Shown: positions 37,151 through 44,302 of the stretch, piece after piece
Layout: every line of letters begins with the position of its first letter
Position numbering within the stretch: position 1 is the stretch's first letter
DNA from: Bacteroidales bacterium
Lineage (GTDB): Bacteria; Bacteroidota; Bacteroidia; Bacteroidales; UBA932
Direction: 5' to 3'
NCBI GenBank assembly: GCA_017557325.1
Contig: JAFZAI010000083.1
Location: 1-61,077, forward strand
Length of the DNA: 61,077 bases
The notes under the pieces: model-generated
What the model was told of the DNA's origin: nothing
Database searches by the model: none
Seen by the model: the letters and a program-made list of their open reading frames with translations, nothing else
Made by a program: the position numbers and the translations under genes

Positions 37151-38056
37151 TTACTTGCCTTTTTTAGGGGAGGTTTCATTTTTTTTCGATTCGGCCTTTT
37201 CCAACTGCCGGCGCTCCCGCTCGAATTCGCGGCTCTTGGCCTCCAGCTCCTTATCGGTCCCGTCATAGCGGCCGAGGGCCTTCAGGGCGCGCTTATACAT
37301 CACGTCCAGTTCTTTCCGGTACTTGGAATCGGGATTCTCCCCGATGAAATTGAGGTAGTCGTCTACGAAGGTCAGATAGCGCTCTTTCCGCTTCGACGCC
37401 ACGCTGTGGAAGGCATAGTTGTACGAAGACATTGCCGTGTAATAGAGGATATCCTCGCGGTAAATGTTCTCGGAATCGTCCCGGAGAATGTTGCGGAAGG
37501 CAACGCGAGAGGCCTTGTAGTCCTCCATTTTATAATACAGGCGCGCAGCCTCGTAGGCCTTGCGGTCCAGCCGCTCCTCCAGGTCGTCAAGCATCTTCTG
37601 GCAGGCCTCGCGGTGGATATCATCTTCGGGCACCTCGGTCAGATACTGGTTGATGGAGGAAATGGCCGTCCGGGTGGGCGTCTGGTCGAGCTCGTAGCGG
37701 AGGGTGCTCCGGAAGAGGCAGTCGATCCTGAGGAAACGTGCCTCATCCGAAAAGGGACTCATCGGATAGTTGGTGAGGAACTTGGTGAAGTTGGTCTCCG
37801 CCGTGTAGAAGTCTTTGTAGCGATAGTTGCTGAGGCCCCAGTAGAACTGCACCGTGTCGTCGCGGGCCGTGCCGCCGGTCAGGGCGGACAGTGATTCGAA
37901 GAGCTGGGAGGCCTTCTGGTATTTCTTGTTATTGAAATACTCGAAGGCGGCCTTGTACTTGGCATCGGCATCGTTGCTGGACAGGAGGGCGTCGAACTGG
38001 CTCTTGCAGGAAACCAGCAGGACGGGAAGCAGCAACAGGATGGTGTATTTCTTCAT
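37151..38056 (-). CDS. bamD: Outer-membrane assembly lipoprotein BamD
   Basis: Lipobox LVSC, TPR helices, LDQTPT. Confidence 0.9.
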   Translation of the reverse strand: MKKYTILLLLPVLLVSCKSQFDALLSSNDADAKYKAAFEYFNNKKYQKASQLFESLSALTGGTARDDTVQFYWGLSNYRYKDFYTAETNFTKFLTNYPMSPFSDEARFLRIDCLFRSTLRYELDQTPTRTAISSINQYLTEVPEDDIHREACQKMLDDLEERLDRKAYEAARLYYKMEDYKASRVAFRNILRDDSENIYREDILYYTAMSSYNYAFHSVASKRKERYLTFVDDYLNFIGENPDSKYRKELDVMYKRALKALGRYDGTDKELEAKSREFERERRQLEKAESKKNETSPKKGK

Positions 38057-38057
38057 T

Positions 38058-38987
38058 TTATTCGTTGTTCTCGATTAAAAATCTTTCGGCATCCCGGGCG
38101 GCGCGGCATCCCGATCCGGCGGCGGTGATGGCCTGTCGGTACAGGGGATCCTGCACGTCTCCGGCGGCAAAAACGCCCTGACGGGAAGTTTCCGTGGTCT
38201 TGCCGCGGGTGATGATGTAGCCCTCCGCATTGGTCTCGATCCAGCGGGAGAAAAGTTCCGAGTTGGGATGGTGGCCGATGGCGAGGAAGAAACCGTCAAC
38301 GGCGATATCGAAAACGGTACCGTCCTTGTGGAGAAGGCGGGCACCGGTGACGCCGGACACATCCCCGAGGATTTCCTGGGTGTTGCAATTCCAGAGGACC
38401 TCGATATTCTCCCGGGAGAGGACCTTGTCCTGCATCGCCTGAGAGGCACGGAACACGTCGCGGCGGACGATCATATAGACCTTGCGGCAGAGGCCGGAAA
38501 GATAGAGGGCTTCTTCGCAGGCAGTGTCTCCCCCGCCGACCACAGCGACGTCCTTCTTCCGGTAGAAGAAGCCGTCGCAGGTGGCGCAGGCCGATACGCC
38601 GAGCCCGCGGAATTTTGTCTCCGAGGGAAGACCGAGATATTTGGCGGAGGCACCGGTCGCAATGATGAGGGTGGAGGCTTCAATGGAATCGCCGCTGTCC
38701 ACGGTGATATGGAAAGGACGCTTGGACAGGTCGGCCTCGGTCGCAATTCCCCGCCGGATATCGGCACCCATCGCGGCGGCCTGCTTCCGCATTCCGTCCA
38801 TCAGGGAAGTCGCATCGATCCCGTTTTCAAATCCGGGGAAATTCTCGATGACGGTGGTCGTCATCAGCTGACCGCCAGGCTCAGGCCCCTCATAGAGGAT
38901 CGGCAGCAGCCCCGCCCGCGACGCATAAATCGCCGCGGTATATCCCGCAGGCCCTCCTCCCAATATCAAACATCTCGTCTTTTCCAT
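38058..38987 (-). CDS. trxB: Thioredoxin-disulfide reductase
   Basis: GGGPAG, CATCDG, GGGDTA and FAAGDV motifs. Confidence 0.96.
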   Translation of the reverse strand: MEKTRCLILGGGPAGYTAAIYASRAGLLPILYEGPEPGGQLMTTTVIENFPGFENGIDATSLMDGMRKQAAAMGADIRRGIATEADLSKRPFHITVDSGDSIEASTLIIATGASAKYLGLPSETKFRGLGVSACATCDGFFYRKKDVAVVGGGDTACEEALYLSGLCRKVYMIVRRDVFRASQAMQDKVLSRENIEVLWNCNTQEILGDVSGVTGARLLHKDGTVFDIAVDGFFLAIGHHPNSELFSRWIETNAEGYIITRGKTTETSRQGVFAAGDVQDPLYRQAITAAGSGCRAARDAERFLIENNE

Positions 38988-39111
38988 AAATAATCTTTGT
39001 AGCTTGCAAATATAACGATTTTTTTTGAGACTGGTTAACTCTGCGTCAACCAGTCTCATGAATAAAAGTCGGAAATCTTTATTATATTTGTGACGATAAA
39101 GCGATAGGACT

Positions 39112-39795
39112 ATGAAAAAGTTTACAGTCATACTGGTTGCCCTGCTGCTTGCAGTGGTATCCTGCCAAAAGGACAAGGTGCTGTTCTACAACGATGTTAC
39201 TTTCGTCAATGCGGTCGACGGAGTTTATACGACCGATTATGGTCTGATATTCAACGTCGTGGAGAATACCTCCGAGCGGGAAATTCCCACCGACGGGCGC
39301 CTGATTTTCCAGTGCGACGTTCTCAAGTCCACGGATATAGGCGTATATAACGTGCGGGTCACGAATTTCGCGGTGCCGCTGACGAAGGATCCCATTCCCG
39401 CAGTGGAGGAGCCCGAGGCCGACGACCCCATTACCATCGAGACGGGCTGGTTCTCCGGCGGGTATTTCAACGCCCTGCTGGGGCTGTATACCAAAGACGA
39501 GTCCGAGGTCAAGCACCTCATCAACGCGGAATACACCTTCCCCACCGAAACCAACGACACCCTCTACATCCGCATCCGGCACAACGCCCTCAGCGAACTG
39601 CCCGTCGATCCGGACGATGACAAAGACGAATATTCCTACGTGCGCACCTATGCCTGCTTCCACCTGGACGGCCTGATGCCCTCCGGCACGGAAGTCCCGG
39701 CCAAAATCCTCTGGAAATGGTATGGCGAAAAGGATGAAGGCGGAGAGGTAACCTACGAAGAGCATCATCACATCATCAACAATCTCATCTTCTAG
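39112..39795 (+). CDS. Lipoprotein, NigD-like
   Basis: Lipobox VVSC; DPITIETGWFSGGYFN and IRIRHNA resemble the NigD C-terminal domain. Confidence 0.65.
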   Translation: MKKFTVILVALLLAVVSCQKDKVLFYNDVTFVNAVDGVYTTDYGLIFNVVENTSEREIPTDGRLIFQCDVLKSTDIGVYNVRVTNFAVPLTKDPIPAVEEPEADDPITIETGWFSGGYFNALLGLYTKDESEVKHLINAEYTFPTETNDTLYIRIRHNALSELPVDPDDDKDEYSYVRTYACFHLDGLMPSGTEVPAKILWKWYGEKDEGGEVTYEEHHHIINNLIF

Positions 39796-39807
39796 CGGCC
39801 ATTCCTT

Positions 39808-40941
39808 ATGAAGAAATCGTTACGCTGGATTCTCGGCATCCTCGCCGCGATCATCCTGGCCGTCCTCTGCATCTGGGGCGGTGAAATCCTGACCCTTTCC
39901 ACCGTCGAATCCGTGGAAGGGAACCCCTATCTCTACCGGATGGAATTCAAGGCCTCCTACGACCTGGATGATGTCATCTCAAAGGACATAGACAGCAATG
40001 CCAAACTCCTGGAGTATGTTGTCGGCCGGATCGGGAAAGGGATTCCGATCAAGATCAGCAGCGCCCAGGTGGCGGATGAGAACGGGGAACTTGCGACGTT
40101 CAACTGCACCAGTTTCCAGGCGACAAAGGCAGACGGGAACGGCTTCTGGTACGGACGTAACTACGATTATTTCAAGAATCCCACGATGGTCACCGTCTCG
40201 CACCCGAAGAAAGGCTATGCCTCCATCGCCGTGAGCGATATGTCCCATTTCGGGTATGGTCTTGACAAACTTCCCACTTCCGTCGCAAAGAAGGTCAACT
40301 GCCTCGCTGCCATCTACGCCCCCGTGGACGGCATCAACGAGAAAGGGCTCTGCACCTCCATTATGGCGCTCCCCCACCAGGCGGCCTGCCAGGAAAGCGG
40401 GCAGCACAAGGTCGGGACAACCATCCTGATGCGGCTCTGGCTGGATCGCTGCGCAACGGTCACCGAAGCCCTGGATCTCCTCAGTGGGCTTGACGTCCGC
40501 CACGACGCCACGGTAGGCTCCGGCTATCATTATATGGTAGCGGATGCGACAGGTGATGCCGCCGTCGTCGAATTCGACAAAGAGGACGGCTGGAAAACGA
40601 TGATTGTGAGGAAAGATCCGTCGGAGAAATCGATGCTCGTCACCAACCACCTCCTCTCCCCAAAATACTACACCACCGAGCCCGACGAGGCCGTCGGCAA
40701 TCCCCACAGCAAGAGCTGGTGGCGCTATGAGACAGCAGGGGCTTACCTCAGGGAACACGACGGCACCCTCACCCTCGAAGAGGCGCAGGAATGCCTCTCC
40801 CTGGTCCATTGGAAAGATCTCGTTTGGGATACCGGCACTATCGAAGACACCCAGTACAGCAATGTCTACGACCAGTCCGCGATTACGCTGTATCTCCGCA
40901 ACTGGAACGATTACGAGAAAACCCTGACGTTCTCTCTATAA
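39808..40941 (+). CDS. Ntn hydrolase, linear amide C-N hydrolase/choloylglycine hydrolase family, membrane-anchored
   Basis: Internal NCTSF (nucleophile Cys), YGRNYD, DGINEKGL and TNH motifs; N-terminal TM helix. Confidence 0.85.
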   Translation: MKKSLRWILGILAAIILAVLCIWGGEILTLSTVESVEGNPYLYRMEFKASYDLDDVISKDIDSNAKLLEYVVGRIGKGIPIKISSAQVADENGELATFNCTSFQATKADGNGFWYGRNYDYFKNPTMVTVSHPKKGYASIAVSDMSHFGYGLDKLPTSVAKKVNCLAAIYAPVDGINEKGLCTSIMALPHQAACQESGQHKVGTTILMRLWLDRCATVTEALDLLSGLDVRHDATVGSGYHYMVADATGDAAVVEFDKEDGWKTMIVRKDPSEKSMLVTNHLLSPKYYTTEPDEAVGNPHSKSWWRYETAGAYLREHDGTLTLEEAQECLSLVHWKDLVWDTGTIEDTQYSNVYDQSAITLYLRNWNDYEKTLTFSL

Positions 40942-40946
40942 CGTAG

Positions 40947-41177
40947 CTAGAACAGCGTCGGATGGCTCTGGTCGAGCTCGTCCAGGATGCGCTGCATGAT
41001 GGCTTCGCGGAGGAGGACGCTGCGGGCGCGGGGATTGAAACGGCGGCAGTATTCGTCGATAGCTTCCCGCTCCATATCGTTCAGGTAGATGACCTGGCGG
41101 TGACGGTGGAGGAGCGCCTGGCGCTGTTTGTCGAGGTAGCCGGGATCGACGCCCGGCATTTTCTTTTTCCGGGGCAT
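40947..41177 (-). CDS. Small hypothetical protein, ribbon-helix-helix-like
   Basis: 76 aa; RQVIYLNDME...LLREAIM pattern; C-terminal PTLF; starts 2 bp after the DJ-1 gene stop. Confidence 0.7.
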   Translation of the reverse strand: MPRKKKMPGVDPGYLDKQRQALLHRHRQVIYLNDMEREAIDEYCRRFNPRARSVLLREAIMQRILDELDQSHPTLF

Positions 41178-41179
41178 AG

Positions 41180-41749
41180 TTACGTAAGCAGTAGGCCTTT
41201 GCGGACGCTGGCGGCGACGTCGGCGCCCTGAAGGAATGAAACGATGGCGAGGCCGAATTCAATGGCGAACGCCGGGCCACGGCCGGTGATCAAATGGCCG
41301 TCGGTGACAGTGCCCTCGCCGGTATAGATGGCGCCCTTCTCCTGCAGGAAGCCTTCAAAGCCATCGTAGCAGGTAGCCTTCAGGCCCGTGATGCCGGGAA
41401 GCTGCGAAGCGACGAGGCCGGGAGCCGCACAGATGGCCGCGACCGGACCGCATTCGGCGAAATGCCGCATGGCAAAGGCCATTAGAGGACCGCATTCGGC
41501 CAGGTTGGCCGCGCCGGGAAGACCGCCGGGGAAGACGAGGATGGCATCTTTATCGGGAGCCTCCTCAAGAAACTCCGGGAGCGACATATCGGCAAGGACC
41601 GTCACACCGTGCGAACTGGTGACTTCCAGGTTGTTTTTGTTGATGGAAACGGTTGCGGCCGCGACGCCGCCCCTGCGCAGGATATCCAGGGTTCCGAGGG
41701 CTTCAATGTCCTCAAACCCGTCGGCGAGGAAGATGTAGGCGCCTTTCAT
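41180..41749 (-). CDS. DJ-1/ThiJ/YajL family protein
   Basis: LADGFEDIEA, PGGLPGA, AAICAAP and TGRGPA motifs. Confidence 0.92.
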   Translation of the reverse strand: MKGAYIFLADGFEDIEALGTLDILRRGGVAAATVSINKNNLEVTSSHGVTVLADMSLPEFLEEAPDKDAILVFPGGLPGAANLAECGPLMAFAMRHFAECGPVAAICAAPGLVASQLPGITGLKATCYDGFEGFLQEKGAIYTGEGTVTDGHLITGRGPAFAIEFGLAIVSFLQGADVAASVRKGLLLT

Positions 41750-41764
41750 AAGCAGTAGAATAAG

Positions 41765-41836
41765 TTGAGATATCAGGACTCGAACCTGAACTGAGGGAAC
41801 CAAAATCCCTAGTGCTAGCCATTACACCATATCTCA
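41765..41836 (-). tRNA. tRNA-Gln (anticodon TTG)
   Basis: Cloverleaf TGAGATA...AGGGA-TTTTGGT-TCCCT...GGTTCGAGTCC...TATCTCA-A; TATCTTTG promoter upstream. Confidence 0.95.
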
Positions 41837-41894
41837 AGAGTTCCAAAAATGGAAGTGCAAAGATACTTCCATTTTCGGAATAAACAAAATCCTC

Positions 41895-42761
41895 TTACTG
41901 GAGTTTGAAGACCAGCGGGCAGGTGTAGGAGACGTCGACGGGCTTGCCGTTCTGCTCGCCGGGCGTCCACGCGGGGGCGCTCTTTACAACCCGGAGAACC
42001 TCGGCGTCAATCTCGGGATCGACACCCTTTGCCAGGGCGACATCCTTGATCTGGCCATCAGCGCCGACCTTGAAGGTGACCACCACGCGGCCCTCGGCCT
42101 TGCGCTCCTTGGCCCCTTCGGGATAGACGATCTGGCTGTTGATCCACTTGGCAAAGCCGTTGGCATCGCCGCCGTTGAAGGTCGGCTTCTTCTCAACCAC
42201 GATGTAGGGAATGACCTCGGGAATCTCCTCGGCGACTTCTTCCTCAACCTTTATGTCTGCGGCGGAATAGTCTCCGATGGCCTCGATAACGTTATTGGCA
42301 GCCTCTTCGGTAATCTCCTTGACGGCTTCCATATCGGTGCTAAGGCTGTCGGCGAGCTCCTCGAGGGGCTTCTCTTCCCCTTCGGCGGACGGCTCCTCGC
42401 CTTCCACTTTCACCTCGGCCTGAGGGCCGACGGGAATTTCGATACCCCGTTTCTTGAGGATTTCGAGGATGGCGTCCTTCACGACACCGTTGTCCTCGAG
42501 GGTGTTCTCATACGTATCGTTGTAAAGGGCGACCAATTCAGGGGTCTTCTCCTCGCTGATGCCGAGGGTGGCGTAAGCGGCAGCATCGGCGCCGAGGGCG
42601 GCCTTGATGTTGTCGGTGTCATTGGCCATCACCGCGGTCACGAGGTCGGTGGCGTTCTTGACGGCAGCGGCCTCGACGGCCTCTGCGGAGGGCTTGTGGG
42701 AGCAGGAAGCGGCGACAAGTAGCAGCGCGGCGCCTGCAAGGATGGAAACTAATTTTTTCAT
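41895..42761 (-). CDS. TonB C-terminal-domain protein with lipoprotein signal and acidic linker
   Basis: Lipobox AASC; Glu-rich linker; TonB_C motifs YPEGA...EGRVVVTF...WTPGEQNGKPV. Confidence 0.85.
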   Translation of the reverse strand: MKKLVSILAGAALLLVAASCSHKPSAEAVEAAAVKNATDLVTAVMANDTDNIKAALGADAAAYATLGISEEKTPELVALYNDTYENTLEDNGVVKDAILEILKKRGIEIPVGPQAEVKVEGEEPSAEGEEKPLEELADSLSTDMEAVKEITEEAANNVIEAIGDYSAADIKVEEEVAEEIPEVIPYIVVEKKPTFNGGDANGFAKWINSQIVYPEGAKERKAEGRVVVTFKVGADGQIKDVALAKGVDPEIDAEVLRVVKSAPAWTPGEQNGKPVDVSYTCPLVFKLQ

Positions 42762-42835
42762 TATAAAATAAGGTTTAATGTTTTTCGCAACGCAAAAATA
42801 GCAATTTTCGGGGAGATACGCAAAAATGCTGAGAA

Positions 42836-43273
42836 TCAGGGCCTTTTCTCCCGGAAGAAATCGAGCATCAGGGAGGCGCATTCCTCGGAGAGGACGCCAC
42901 TCAGGACCTCGGTCTTCGGATGGAGCAACGACGGGCTGTAGAGGGAGTAACCCCTGCGCGGATCGGGAGCGCCGTAAACGATCCGGCCGACCTGCGACCA
43001 GTTCAGCGCACCGGCGCACATCGGGCAGGGCTCTACGGTGACATACAGGGTGCAGTCCGCAAGATACTTCGCCCCGATGGACTCGGTGGCGGCAGTAACC
43101 GCGATCATCTCAGCGTGGGCCGTGGCGTCGTGCAGGCGCTCGGTCATATTATGCCCGCTGCCGATGATCCGCCCCCGCGAGACGACGACCGCCCCGATGG
43201 GAATCTCCCCTTCCTCGCCGGCCTTGCGGGCCTCCCGGAGGGCTTCCACCATAAATTTTTCGTCCAAAGTCAT
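42836..43273 (-). CDS. tadA: tRNA adenosine(34) deaminase
   Basis: EIPIGAV, HN, TAHAEM, TVEPCPMCAGA and FF..KR motifs. Confidence 0.92.
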   Translation of the reverse strand: MTLDEKFMVEALREARKAGEEGEIPIGAVVVSRGRIIGSGHNMTERLHDATAHAEMIAVTAATESIGAKYLADCTLYVTVEPCPMCAGALNWSQVGRIVYGAPDPRRGYSLYSPSLLHPKTEVLSGVLSEECASLMLDFFREKRP

Positions 43274-43291
43274 ATCGAAGTGCAAGTTACG

Positions 43292-43321
43292 AAAAAAATG
43301 CAGACCGTTTGCAGGCCTGCA
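43292..43321 (-). terminator. Intrinsic terminator after rpmH
   Basis: TGCAGGCC/GGTCTGCA stem followed by T7 on the minus strand. Confidence 0.7.
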
Positions 43322-43356
43322 CTTAATTTCTCGAGAAGTTGTTGTTTAACCGTGTC

Positions 43357-43509
43357 CTAGAAGCGGTCTTCGTCGGATACGGTGAGTTTCTTGCGGCAGT
43401 GACGACGACGGGCAGAGAGCACCCTGCGGCCGTTGGCGGTAGCCATTCTCTCGCGGAAACCGTGCTTGTTGACACGTTTGCGACGTGAAGGTTGAAAAGT
43501 CCTTTTCAT
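43357..43509 (-). CDS. rpmH: 50S ribosomal protein L34 (not in ORF track)
   Basis: Manual translation [50 protein letters not shown]. Confidence 0.97.
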   Translation of the reverse strand: MKRTFQPSRRKRVNKHGFRERMATANGRRVLSARRRHCRKKLTVSDEDRF

Positions 43510-43587
43510 AATATCTGTTTTTTATATTTTCGACAAATGGACTGCAAAGGTAGTATTTTTCCCGGAATCTGCAAAATTTTTTTTCTT

Positions 43588-44274
43588 CTATCTCCTGGAT
43601 CCGATGGAAATATAATAAAACAGCGTGGCGATGGAGCCCAGGGCGGCGATGACGTAGGTGTAGGCGGCCCAGCGAAGGGCGGAGGCGGCCATCGGCCGGG
43701 TTTCGTAATTGGTGATGCCGGCGACTTCGAGCCACCCGAGGGCGCGGCGGCTGGCGTTGATTTCAACCGGAAGGGTGATGAGGCTGAAGAGGGTCGTGAG
43801 CGCGAAGAGACCGATACCGATCCACAGCAACTGCGGGAATACTTCAACCAGCAGGATGCCGGCGAGGAGGACCCACATTACCCATTTATTGGCAAAGGTG
43901 ACGACCGGAACAAGGGCCGTGCGGAGTTTAAGAGGACCGTATCCGGCCGCGTGCTGGAGGGCGTGGCCGCACTCGTGCGCAGCCACGGCGGCCGAAGCCA
44001 CACTGCGACCGTGGAACACATCTTCGCTGAGATTGACCGTCCGGGTCTCGGGATTGTAATGGTCGGTCAGGGAGCCGTCGACGCAGACGACCGAGACGTC
44101 GCGGATGCCGTTGTCAAGCAGCATCCGCTGCGCGACCTGCGCACCGGTCAGACCGGAAGTAATCGGCACTTCGCCGTATTCGCGGAAGCGTTTTTTCAGC
44201 ATCCACTGGATGATAAAACTCAGTATCATCACGGCGATCATTACGATCCAAATCATCATCGAACTCATAGCCAT
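43588..44274 (-). CDS. Membrane neutral zinc metallopeptidase (YugP-like)
   Basis: LTDHYNP, AAHECGHA, TLPVEINAS and AAYTYV motifs. Confidence 0.92.
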   Translation of the reverse strand: MAMSSMMIWIVMIAVMILSFIIQWMLKKRFREYGEVPITSGLTGAQVAQRMLLDNGIRDVSVVCVDGSLTDHYNPETRTVNLSEDVFHGRSVASAAVAAHECGHALQHAAGYGPLKLRTALVPVVTFANKWVMWVLLAGILLVEVFPQLLWIGIGLFALTTLFSLITLPVEINASRRALGWLEVAGITNYETRPMAASALRWAAYTYVIAALGSIATLFYYISIGSRR

Positions 44275-44302
44275 AACCTTTTTGAATGATTTACTGCAAA
44301 AA

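Noticed and set aside
41750-41803. N-terminal extension of the DJ-1 ORF in the track
   Set aside because: It overlaps tRNA-Gln; the real start is the ATG at 41749.
42762-43019. N-terminal extension fusing the TonB ORF over tadA
   Set aside because: It overlaps tadA in another frame; the lipoprotein signal begins at ATG 42761.
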